A stretch of 50,498 nt of DNA, counting the filler, from an uncultured virus (IMG/VR IMGVR_UViG_2124908030_000007) (taxonomy: Duplodnaviria > Heunggongvirae > Uroviricota > Caudoviricetes). It is 8 parts of one record of this genome, joined end to end, with 100 filler letters (N's around TTAATTAATTAA, not from the genome) between each part and the next. Parts side by side here need not be neighbours in the genome. Positions count along the whole stretch, not along the records: positions 39,013 to 43,956 come from IMGVR_UViG_2124908030_000007; positions 44,057 to 45,023 come from IMGVR_UViG_2124908030_000007; positions 45,124 to 48,745 come from IMGVR_UViG_2124908030_000007; 5 more parts are not named here. The stretch is one strand, 5' to 3'. Position 1 is the first letter of the stretch; every line of letters begins with the position of its first letter. Shown here one piece after another: positions 39,470-48,845 of this stretch. The position numbers and the translations under genes were made by a program. Under the pieces are notes generated by a model. The model had not been told where the DNA came from, ran no database searches, and saw only the letters and a list, made by a program, of their open reading frames with translations.

Positions 39470-39624
39470 TGATTAACGCCACACAGTTCTCGTACCTCGC
39501 TGGACTGGTAGTAGGCTCTGTTGGGACATTGGGTTCAGTCCTCATCTCAAACAACCTGTACGCCACTCTAGTGACAATCATGATGATGGTAATGGCAACA
39601 CTTCTGGTGTTCATAGCACGATGA
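39469..39624 (+). CDS. 51-aa membrane protein
   Basis: Manual translation; coupled to both neighbours. Confidence 0.65.
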   Translation: MINATQFSYLAGLVVGSVGTLGSVLISNNLYATLVTIMMMVMATLLVFIAR

Positions 39625-39854
39625 TGGACAGAAAACCACCAGCAGGAGACGGTGCTGAGAGCATGGAAACAAGCAGCCACGCAAACAGGTTGTTTACCGG
39701 ACTGGCAGCAGTAGCAGTTCTAGTGTTCGCAGGATTTATGTTGCTTGTAATTAGTCAAAACTTTATAGAGTTTGTCGTTGCGGCAGCAATGATCGGAGCA
39801 ACGTACCTTCTTGGAACACTTACGCTCATGGTGTTCGGTGATGACGATGACTAA
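39621..39854 (+). CDS. small membrane protein
   Basis: Two TM helices. Confidence 0.7.
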   Translation: MMDRKPPAGDGAESMETSSHANRLFTGLAAVAVLVFAGFMLLVISQNFIEFVVAAAMIGATYLLGTLTLMVFGDDDD

Positions 39855-40017
39855 CGAAAAAGCACGCTTCATGTGTCTCGCGTGTAAGGACACAGAAGTG
39901 TTCCGAGACGTGAACCTCGATGAAGAGATGCCAGTCTGTATGTCGTGTGACGAGGCTCCCGGTGGCGAGAACGAGATGGACTGGATAGAAGACGTGTCCG
40001 ACATAACTTTTAAGTAG
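39847..40017 (+). CDS. zinc-finger microprotein
   Basis: CLAC...CMSC. Confidence 0.7.
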   Translation: MTNEKARFMCLACKDTEVFRDVNLDEEMPVCMSCDEAPGGENEMDWIEDVSDITFK

Positions 40018-40041
40018 CAGTAGCTCGTCTTGTATTCCACG

Positions 40042-40248
40042 ATGGAATACAACAACTTTTGGGCGGATGACGGAAACGAGCGTCACCAAAAGATCGCTCG
40101 AACTTTTTACGAGAACATCGGGTACGACCACCCCGACTTCATCACCTCGGATGGCCAAGGAGATCGTTTGTGTTATCATTGTGTCTATAATAGAACGTGC
40201 GTCAAATACTACAACTACAACGGTCCACGAGTCGTAAACATTAAGTGA
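40042..40248 (+). CDS. hypothetical protein
   Basis: ATG after promoter; CYHC. Confidence 0.6.
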   Translation: MEYNNFWADDGNERHQKIARTFYENIGYDHPDFITSDGQGDRLCYHCVYNRTCVKYYNYNGPRVVNIK

Positions 40249-40269
40249 GTACGTCTCTTTTGTACTCAC

Positions 40270-41421
40270 ATGAAAATTCCACAAGAAGACTTACCGGAGT
40301 TCACTGAGCAGTACGACGGAATCTCGGTTTTCGTTGTCGGAGGGTTCGTCAGAGACTACTTCCGTGATGGCGTCGAGCCAAGCGATGTAGACCTGATGGT
40401 AGCAGGAGTGACGGAAGAAGAGATGGCTAAACGAGAGTTTGTTAAGGTCTACACCAATGGGCAGTCATTCAATGTCTTCCTCGACAACATGGGTCGAGAA
40501 GTGGCATTAGCGAGAGAAGAAACGTCTACTGGCGATGGACACAAAGAGTTTGATGTGACTCCTGTGCCANNNNNNNNNNNNNNNNNNNNTATCTACGACC
40601 CTCTTAGAATCCTTCGTGGGGCAAGATTCGTAGCACGTCTAGATGCTAATGTAGATCTAGAGACGCTAACAAAAATGCAAGAAATGAGTGACAGACTGGA
40701 AAGTCTTCCAGAAGAACGAATCAGACAAGAGTTAATCAAGAACTTTAAACAGGCAGAACGTCCACGTTTGTTCTTTGATTTACTTTTGTCAGTCGATGGT
40801 CTACGCCCAACGTTCCCCGAAGTGGCAAATCTAACTGGTGTCCAAGCAGGTCCGGGGGAATACCACGGTGAGAGTGACTCATACGAGCATACAATGATGG
40901 TCATCGAAGAGATGAACAACCTTCGACCCAACGACGAGATGGCACTACTCATGGCACTCGCTCACGATCTCGGGAAAGCAGAAACGTCAGACGACGTTTT
41001 GCCACATCACTACGGCCACGAGTCTGCTGGTGGCGAGATTGTGAACAACCAGATGAGAGACAATCTCAAATTAAGCAACAAACAGGTTAGAGCAATGGTC
41101 GAAGCAGCAGAATTACACACCAAGTTTGCCAAAATCATGGACATGCGTGACGCAACGGTGTTCGATATGGTGAGCAGAACTGTGAATGTTGATCGTATGA
41201 TTGATCTTGTCATCGCTGACAAGAGAGGTCGCCTCCCAAGACAAGATCCAGAAGACTTCAGAGAAAAAGCAGAACGTAAAGTATCTGCTGTCAGGAAAGC
41301 TATCAGTGAGGTCAGCGGAGAAACACTGATGGAAGAACGAGACGACACTGATGAAATATCTGGTGAGAAATTCGGGAAGCTACTACGCGACAGAAGAATT
41401 GAAGAAATGAGAAAGTTTTAA
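40270..41421 (+). CDS. cca: class II (bacterial-type) tRNA nucleotidyltransferase with HD domain
   Basis: VGGFVRD, DVD, ALAR.E, DPLRILRGARF, ERI.QEL, AHDLGK, HHYGHE. Confidence 0.92.
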   Translation: MKIPQEDLPEFTEQYDGISVFVVGGFVRDYFRDGVEPSDVDLMVAGVTEEEMAKREFVKVYTNGQSFNVFLDNMGREVALAREETSTGDGHKEFDVTPVPXXXXXXXIYDPLRILRGARFVARLDANVDLETLTKMQEMSDRLESLPEERIRQELIKNFKQAERPRLFFDLLLSVDGLRPTFPEVANLTGVQAGPGEYHGESDSYEHTMMVIEEMNNLRPNDEMALLMALAHDLGKAETSDDVLPHHYGHESAGGEIVNNQMRDNLKLSNKQVRAMVEAAELHTKFAKIMDMRDATVFDMVSRTVNVDRMIDLVIADKRGRLPRQDPEDFREKAERKVSAVRKAISEVSGETLMEERDDTDEISGEKFGKLLRDRRIEEMRKF

Positions 41422-41615
41422 TTTTTACCGCCCACTTCTACAGAAACCGTCGCTCCTGCGAGTGCTGTGACAAAAATCGGAACTACAGTAACATGAGAGA
41501 ACGGCGTTGCTAAAATCATAGCCGCTCCAAATCCAAAAAATAAGTAAAGAGCAAACTCTGTGAGTAGTTCTGTCAAACTGTACCACGGATTTCTATCAAG
41601 TCTGTTAACTTCCAT
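41418..41615 (-). CDS. small membrane protein
   Basis: Two TM helices; own leftward promoter. Confidence 0.65.
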   Translation of the reverse strand: MEVNRLDRNPWYSLTELLTEFALYLFFGFGAAMILATPFSHVTVVPIFVTALAGATVSVEVGGKN

Positions 41616-41689
41616 ACAGAGTATTCGTTATCATTCGACTTAAATCCTCCGGTCGAAAGAGTTAAGTGTATAACACCCGAATCGGATGT

Positions 41690-41812
41690 ATGGTTACAAT
41701 GGACGACCTTTACGGCGATGGTAGCGATCACGAAGCGTGTGAAGACTGCGGAGGATGCTTAGAGTGCGACGACTGTACCTGTGGTGATGAGCCACCGAAA
41801 GTAGTACTGTAG
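41690..41812 (+). CDS. 40-aa Cys-rich microprotein
   Basis: Manual translation contains CEDCGGCLECDDCTC; leaderless after CGAAAGAGTTAAGT. Confidence 0.7.
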   Translation: MVTMDDLYGDGSDHEACEDCGGCLECDDCTCGDEPPKVVL

Positions 41813-41935
41813 ACATGAGTTTAGAAATGGTGGCATTTATCTTTCTACTGATAGCATTTTTCTTCGGACTCGTTTTGTTGCTTTTAGAGATAAAGAGACG
41901 AAACAGTTAAATAGATAGCGGCCTTTTCTCGTAGT

Positions 41936-42373
41936 ATGAGCCAGAAAGTGGCAGACCAAGAGTTTACCGTTAGCGACGAATTGTACGAGATCAGCGAGGC
42001 TACAAACAAAGACGGGACAGTCGATGTTGAAATATTCGACTTCCGTAAAAGGCATAATGACGAGGTTATAGTAAAGTTTAGAACACCTACTGGTGACGTG
42101 AAAACAGAGTCAATGAAATGGCCAAAAAGAGATACTACTGAGTACAAGTTCGTTCGCATTTGTCGGAAAACTGCTGGAAGCCTTAGTGGTGCCAAATTCC
42201 TGAAAACAGATGGTGGAAGAATAAGAGCAGACCCTGAAGAGTGGGAACTTAAAGCAGATCTGACGAGGGGAGATAAAATAAGAGAATCTATATCACAAAT
42301 TACTATGCGGTCTGTAATAAATAACATAGGGTGGGGTGTTGTACTATGTGGGTTGGTTGTTCTGGATTCCTAA
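41936..42373 (+). CDS. hypothetical protein with C-terminal hydrophobic segment
   Basis: Promoter plus ORF; 3' end near low-quality sequence. Confidence 0.7.
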   Translation: MSQKVADQEFTVSDELYEISEATNKDGTVDVEIFDFRKRHNDEVIVKFRTPTGDVKTESMKWPKRDTTEYKFVRICRKTAGSLSGAKFLKTDGGRIRADPEEWELKADLTRGDKIRESISQITMRSVINNIGWGVVLCGLVVLDS

Positions 42374-42638
42374 CACTCGGTCACCTGTTCTTGGTGCCTT
42401 ACAATGCTTGGNNNNNNNNNNNNNNNNNNNNTAGTTGTTCATACTGTGATGGATTACTTGGATGTACGTCCGGAGAGCAGTATGAAGAGTACGCTCTTGG
42501 CATGATGCGTAACGCGCTAGCCTTCGAGCTAATGGATGACGTTGTATCGTTCCTCGAAGAGAAGAGTCAAGATAGTCTTGATTACAAGTGGGGAAGTGTC
42601 GCACGTAGTATGCTAGACGAGATTTATAACGGAGAATA

Positions 42639-42845
42639 ATGCCAGCAAATCCAGAAAATAAAGATCGGTCTGAAACAATTAGTGAGTCGTATCACGATAG
42701 TAAAGTGACAGTAGACTTCTACACGAACAACGCTATGGCAATCTACCGAGGTGACGAAGATATGCCTGACGGACGTGTATGGATGGACAATCTTGAAAAA
42801 CGAGAACTATTGGAAGTCCTACAAGACGAAATCCAAAACAGTTAA
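42639..42845 (+). CDS. hypothetical protein
   Basis: TAATG overlap, acidic. Confidence 0.7.
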   Translation: MPANPENKDRSETISESYHDSKVTVDFYTNNAMAIYRGDEDMPDGRVWMDNLEKRELLEVLQDEIQNS

Positions 42846-42869
42846 GTACCTTGCGGAACAAATGTTGGT

Positions 42870-43865
42870 ATGGAAAAACCAACAGCAGTCGGCCTTTTTT
42901 GTGGATGTGGAGGCTTCGATCTCGGCTTCGAACAGGCAGGATTCAACGTAGCTCTTGCCAGCGATAATTGGGAGCCAGCAGTAGAAACGTATCGAGAAAA
43001 CTTTGACACGCCTGTACTAAATGAAGACGCGAGTGAACTTAGTACAGAAGAACTTCTCGAAGAAATAAATACAGACATTGACGTTGTTATCGGTGGACCA
43101 CCGTGTCAGGGGTTCAGCCAACTCAACAATCGTGAGTTAGAACACAGCGGCTTCGAGAAAGACGAGAGAAACACGTTGTTCGAAGACTTTCTCCGTCTGG
43201 CGGCAGCCTGTGACCCCGAGTACATCGTCATGGAGAACGTTCGGGCGCTGATCAACCGACAGACGAGCGACGGTGATTACGTCAAAGACAACATCGTCGA
43301 AGCATTCGAGCAGTATGACTACGAGTGTGAGTACGAAGTCCTCCGAGCAGAAGAGTACGGAGTGCCTCAGAAACGGCGTAGAATCTTCTTTGTTGGCTCG
43401 AAGGATGGTTCCCCTGTGTTTCCCGAGAAAACCCACACAGAGTCGTTTGAGACCGCTGGAGACGCTCTCGAAGGAGCAAGCGAGGACCTTCCCAACATGT
43501 ACTTCGCCAACACGTCAGAACGTGTCTTAGAGAAGATCCGTCACGTCCCACAAGGAGGATACTACAAGCACTTGCCAGACGAATACAAGACCAAAGACGA
43601 AGACGGAAACATCGTCAAACGGTACGGCAGTTACCTCCGTCGAGTCGATCCAGACGAGCCTGCTCTTACTGTGAACAGTAACGAGTTTATTCACCCGACA
43701 AAGGACCGATACCTAACGCCTCGTGAGATGGCCATGCTACAAACGTTCCCTGATGACTTTGTGTTCTGTGGCAACAAAGGAGATGTTCTTCAGCAAATCG
43801 GAAACGCCGTGCCAGTAGAGCTTGCTCGTGTGTTCGCAGAACGGCTCGCTGAAGAACTCGAATAG
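42870..43865 (+). CDS. DNA (cytosine-5)-methyltransferase
   Basis: LFCGCGG, GGPPCQGFS, MENV, QKRRR, LTPRE, QIGNAVP. Confidence 0.96.
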   Translation: MEKPTAVGLFCGCGGFDLGFEQAGFNVALASDNWEPAVETYRENFDTPVLNEDASELSTEELLEEINTDIDVVIGGPPCQGFSQLNNRELEHSGFEKDERNTLFEDFLRLAAACDPEYIVMENVRALINRQTSDGDYVKDNIVEAFEQYDYECEYEVLRAEEYGVPQKRRRIFFVGSKDGSPVFPEKTHTESFETAGDALEGASEDLPNMYFANTSERVLEKIRHVPQGGYYKHLPDEYKTKDEDGNIVKRYGSYLRRVDPDEPALTVNSNEFIHPTKDRYLTPREMAMLQTFPDDFVFCGNKGDVLQQIGNAVPVELARVFAERLAEELE

Positions 43866-44161
43866 AAACGAAACCCTTATTACTATACCAGACGTTTGTA
43901 CAATCACAATGGACGACTACCAAGTTGACATGTACGAGGAATCGGATAAATCAGAGNNNNNNNNNNNNNNNNNNNNNNNNNNNNNNNNNNNNNNNNNNNN
44001 TTAATTAATTAANNNNNNNNNNNNNNNNNNNNNNNNNNNNNNNNNNNNNNNNNNNNCGTGGTTAGGTCATTTTTCAGGACTGCGTGGGTAATTTCCACAG
44101 AATCGGTCACTGTCCAAAATGACCGGGGACATTAACGGAAATAGTTAGCCAAGTAGCGTAT

Positions 44162-44398
44162 CTAAGTGATCTTCCACATGATCCGGAAAGTCGGCGTAAG
44201 TCCCTTATCCGAACGATTAGCCTCCGATCCCTCGGGTGCGGTGATAAGGTGGTCCGGGCGGGGATTAGTGGGGACATTATCGTTAAACGTCGGCGTTAGC
44301 TCGCCGAGTGCGCCCATAACGTCGCCCATAACGTCGATTAGTGGGTGTTTGTCAAATTCTTTGCCGTGATCGTCGGTCGTGTACACTTTTTCAGTCAT
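44162..44398 (-). CDS. hypothetical protein on an isolated contig
   Basis: MTEKVYTTDDHG... 78 aa. Confidence 0.5.
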   Translation of the reverse strand: MTEKVYTTDDHGKEFDKHPLIDVMGDVMGALGELTPTFNDNVPTNPRPDHLITAPEGSEANRSDKGLTPTFRIMWKIT

Positions 44399-44414
44399 AG
44401 TGTGTCTGGTTGAT

Positions 44415-44711
44415 CGCACGTCGAACCGCACGTCGGTTTTTGGTTGAATGTGTAGTTTTTCAAGGATCCCCGCAACACGTCGGTAAGTCGTCATCAGGTA
44501 GAGAAGTGCCAACTTGTGGGAATTGACGTAATCGCCCGCCCACTATTGGAATACTCACCCTCTCCCGCACGCAACGACTGCAAACGAGTGATCCTATCAG
44601 ACTACAGCGCGTTTTTGCGACCGAACGCTGCAGCCCGCACACGTACTTTGGTTTTTGTAGTAGGGTCCGGGGAGTGTGAAAACCCGGGGAGTCGAACGCC
44701 CGCACGTCGGT
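44415..44711. repeat. dispersed CGCACGTCG and CCGGGGAGT repeats in a long non-coding region
   Basis: CGCACGTCG at 44415, 44427, 44701 (partial at 44475); CCGGGGAGT at 44667, 44684. Confidence 0.7.
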
Positions 44712-45123
44712 GCATCCTGAGGCACCCCAACCGTCTTACCCTCTTACTTACCGGGGATGCATGATTTTTCTCACGCACCCACTTTCCACACCCATACGTA
44801 ACCCCCGGTTAGCATTAAAGTTGTTGGTAGTGACAACCGAAAATCGGGAGATCTGATGTTCAGTAGTAATTAGCAGGTGGTCTCAAGATAACTGGCGCTT
44901 ATCTTTTGTCTTATTTACTACACATTAGAAGGTTGTATTAAGGTGGCAAAACGTCGAACGACAAAGATCGGCGGATATTGGTGATCAATTATCGGGTGAG
45001 TAATTAGATGAATATTCAGAAATNNNNNNNNNNNNNNNNNNNNNNNNNNNNNNNNNNNNNNNNNNNNTTAATTAATTAANNNNNNNNNNNNNNNNNNNNN
45101 NNNNNNNNNNNNNNNNNNNNNNN

Positions 45124-45281
45124 ACATCGCGTATGACCGACTCGACCGAGCGACGACTCGTAAGATGGAGAAACTCGGAGTCCTCGATGATCCCGAGTCA
45201 CAGAAGGCTGACGAGATGGGCAACATTGCGAGTGAGTTAAGCGAGCTTCGTCGCCAACGTGAAGAAAACAATGATAGATAA
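45124..45281 (+). CDS. putative terminase small subunit, C-terminal fragment
   Basis: Manual translation IAYDRLDRATTRKMEKLGVLDDPESQKA...; upstream of TerL. Confidence 0.55.
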
Positions 45282-45570
45282 TTTTTCGAGCGGATACTAC
45301 TCTGCCCAAATGTCTATTCAGGGCTACGACGGGGGACCGACTATCAATCGAACGCTACATAAATTCATCAATAATCAACTTTATTCAGACAATGACGTGC
45401 CTGTAATGATGCGCTTAAGTCTTGATGAAAGTCGAGCGTTCTCGGTTAGTCCAGAAAGTTCTGTTCCAAAAGATGTGTTGGCGTTGCCACACGATATGTT
45501 TGACTCATTCGCCGAGGAACGAGTTTTTATCCTAAAACCTGATCACATCAAGAGGTTGTACAATGGTTGA
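45271..45570 (+). CDS. DUF5802-like haloarchaeal protein
   Basis: FSSGYY...H..INNQLY...PVMM...P..VLALP recalled family pattern. Confidence 0.6.
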   Translation: MIDNFSSGYYSAQMSIQGYDGGPTINRTLHKFINNQLYSDNDVPVMMRLSLDESRAFSVSPESSVPKDVLALPHDMFDSFAEERVFILKPDHIKRLYNG

Positions 45571-46873
45571 CACGGCACGATTGCTCGATGAGCCGTCGTA
45601 CTTCGTCGAGCATTACATCGGCATCGAGCCATTCGAGTACCAGAAGGACTTCATGGATAATAACTCGAACAGAAAGGCGTTCGTCTCTGGACGACAGGTA
45701 GGTAAGTCTCGCTCCGTGGCGTGGTATGCTCTCTGGAAGGCAGTCACGTATCCGGGCAGCGAGATCCTGATTACGGCAAAGGCACAACGTCAGTCGATGG
45801 AACTCTTCAATCAAGTGAAGAAGGAGATGCGCTCGTCTGAGGCGTCTGATGAGGAGTGGGGCGTTGAGAAAGACACTCGTACTGAGATTCACTTTATGAA
45901 TGGTTCTCGGATTGTGTGTCTTCCTGTCGGACGAGACGGGTCAAATATCCGTGGATACGGGACGGATCTCGTGATTGTTGACGAGGCAGCATTCGTGAAA
46001 GACGAGATTTTCCAAGAGGTTCTGTCACCGATGCTGGCAGTCGGCGAGAACGAGTTTATTCTTCTTTCGACACCATTCGGTAAGAAAGGATTCCTGTACC
46101 AGAAGTTTGACGACGATGATTGGTACACGAAGCAGGTTCCGACATCGGCTAATCCACAGGTCGGTGACGACTTTATTGAGGAGCAGCGTGAAAATCTAAC
46201 GCCGACTCAGTTCAAACAAGAGATTCTCGGCCAGTTTGTTGAGTCGTCTGACAGTTTCTTCCAGCGAGAAGAACTGATGAATTGTGTGACAGACGACATG
46301 GTTGATAGTACGAGTAGTATTAAGTTCATGGGCGTGGACCTCGCAGCACAGGGGACTGACGCTTCCGTGTACGTCTGTGTTGACGATGACGGGAACGTGT
46401 TCCATATTGAGGAAAAGAGTGAAGCACCATTGACTGATGCGATGGGACGAATCCGAGAACTTGATTCGATTTACAATTTCACAAAGATAATGATTGATTC
46501 AACGGGACTCGGTGAGGGTGTCGTTGATCAAGTGAAGGAAGAACTCGGTCGAAAGGTACGCGGCTTTAAGTTCACCAACGAGAAGAAGCAATCACTCTAT
46601 AATAACTTGAAGAACACGTTCCAGAATGGCGAGATTAAGTTCTACTATATTCCCGGCAAGAACGACTTGTCTGGAAACAAGATGTTCAATCAATGTCTCG
46701 ACCTTACTTACAGTTATACAAGTAGTGGAAAAATTCGTATAGAACATCCGAGTGGTGGCCATGACGACTACTCTGATGCGCTGGCGCTAGCAGTGTGGGC
46801 ACGTTCGAGGAAGGATATTGCTCGTTCGGATAAGGGTTCGATGAAACCATTTAATCTTGGCTCACTAAGATGA
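45563..46873 (+). CDS. terL: terminase large subunit
   Basis: SGRQVGKS, IVDEAA, LSTP, MGVDLA, HDDYSDA. Confidence 0.96.
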   Translation: MVDTARLLDEPSYFVEHYIGIEPFEYQKDFMDNNSNRKAFVSGRQVGKSRSVAWYALWKAVTYPGSEILITAKAQRQSMELFNQVKKEMRSSEASDEEWGVEKDTRTEIHFMNGSRIVCLPVGRDGSNIRGYGTDLVIVDEAAFVKDEIFQEVLSPMLAVGENEFILLSTPFGKKGFLYQKFDDDDWYTKQVPTSANPQVGDDFIEEQRENLTPTQFKQEILGQFVESSDSFFQREELMNCVTDDMVDSTSSIKFMGVDLAAQGTDASVYVCVDDDGNVFHIEEKSEAPLTDAMGRIRELDSIYNFTKIMIDSTGLGEGVVDQVKEELGRKVRGFKFTNEKKQSLYNNLKNTFQNGEIKFYYIPGKNDLSGNKMFNQCLDLTYSYTSSGKIRIEHPSGGHDDYSDALALAVWARSRKDIARSDKGSMKPFNLGSLR

Positions 46874-46891
46874 CGGAGGTAACAACATAAC

Positions 46892-48745
46892 ATGGCAGAC
46901 AAATTTGGATTATCAGACATTCGAGAAGGTGTATCGAAAAAGACAGCGGAGCTAATGAGCGAAAGCGATGCGGATGTTCGTTCATATGACGACACGGGTC
47001 GTCACGACAGTGGTCCGTTTAAACCGTTTACGTTCCAGCAAGACCAGTTCGACAGAACTGAACCTGATAAGGACGCGATGAGAAAGTACTGGCGTCAGTT
47101 TGAGACGACGCCGTTCGTTCGAAAGTCAATCACGTCTTTTGCTCGTCAGGTAATGGAACCGGGTTACTACATTAAAGCTCGTGGTCTTTCACAAGACGAT
47201 TTGGTTGAATTGGACAATTGGCTCAGTAGTTGTGCGATTGTTGAGTCAGAGGTTGGACAAGACTTTCGCCAACTTGGTAAGAAGCTAATTGTCCAACAAG
47301 AGGTTCGTGGTACGGCATTCACGGAACTCGCGCCACACGAAGACGACCCTGACAAGATTGCTGGCTTGAAGTTGATTAACGCGGAGACGATGGAAGCTGT
47401 CACGAAACCGGGTCAGTCTATTCTTTTGGAACCAGAAGACGTTGACGAGTACGATGATGCCCCGGCAGCAGAGTCTGGTGGAGCAGCAGCATACCTTCAG
47501 GATCTCGGTGACACGAATACATTTTTCACGACTCCTGTTAGTGGAAGAAATCGTGGACCAGACGACTCTGACGAGAATGATGACTTTAAGATTGGCTTCC
47601 GTCGTGACGAGATTGTCAAACTAGCACGAGATGCTGACGCTGGTGAGCCGTTTGGCACGTCACGACTTGAGGCAGTAAGTGACAGAATCGAGGGACTTCG
47701 GAACAAGCTCTCTGACAACGACGACGCTATTGCGAGCAAGGCATATCCCCTGTGGCTATTTAAGTTCGGTACTGAAGAGAATCCGTGGGAGTCTGACGAC
47801 ATTAATGATTTCATGTCGGCTCATGAAATGGAGAACTTTAATGCTGGCATGAAGCAGGGTGTTCGCGGAGACGTGAATGTTGATACTGTTTCAGGCGAGG
47901 TTGCTGACATTGCCGAAGCACTCCAGTTCGACATTGAGTGGATTATGTCTATCATGCCTATCCCTCGATTCGCTCTCGGAGCCTTTATTGGAGAAGGCGG
48001 AGCAGCAGGTCAGTTCAGTGGTGTCGCACAACAGCAGGAAACACAACGTCAAATTAAGGACGCTCGTCGTGACTTGGAAGATAAGTTCACGCCGGTCATC
48101 CGAGACGTTGCGAGAAGTATGGGAATGGACGAGGAATCTGTTAAAACCATTCGTCTTGAAATTGGCGATCCGGGCAAAGAAGAAACAGAAGTCCCACAAA
48201 ACGAGAACGTAATCCGATATGTTCCGAAGGATCAGCGAGACCCTGAAATCAATGACCCAACAACGAGTCCGGGTAATCAGGGTATTCCTGACAAGATGCT
48301 TGACAGTGAAGCGACTCCTGTTGGCACGACTGATCCCGTTGACATCGAGGAACCAGACGAGGAAGACTCTCAATCGCCTGAGGATGGCTCAGAAGAGGCT
48401 GCGAAACACGTATGGCACTCTGACCAAGGAATGGCACAACTCTCTATGAGCGAGCGTACAGAGCTTTCTGACGCCATTTACTCGACAATGGTCGAGACAC
48501 GAGACGAGGTTCTGTCACAGATTGAGAGCGAGTACGAGAATGCTCCGGTCTACGCTGCGACAAAGTTCGAGCAAACGGCCAACAACGTCCTTCGTAACAA
48601 AATGTCGCGTGGGCGCTTCCGCGACGATATTACTCCGTTCGTCGAAGAGCTTGTCTCGTCTGACGGCAATTCGTTCACTCGGTCCACGTCTGTGAAGTTC
48701 TTCACTCAAGACATTGAAAATTCGACTGAAGATATGCTGAAGAGA
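46892..48745 (+). CDS. portal protein (long C-terminal extension; 3' truncated)
   Basis: Follows TerL with GGAGGT SD; RGTAF, PFGTSRL portal-type motifs. Confidence 0.85.
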
Positions 48746-48845
48746 NNNNNNNNNNNNNNNNNNNNNNNNNNNNNNNNNNNNNNNNNNNNTTAATTAATTA
48801 ANNNNNNNNNNNNNNNNNNNNNNNNNNNNNNNNNNNNNNNNNNNN

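Noticed and set aside
44057..44075. CGTGGTTAGG resembling the start of a pistol ribozyme
   Set aside because: The complementary P1 strand and pseudoknot are absent.
44311..44336. 12-bp tandem repeat CGCCCATAACGT x2
   Set aside because: In-frame duplication (DVMG DVMG) within a small ORF; too short for an array.
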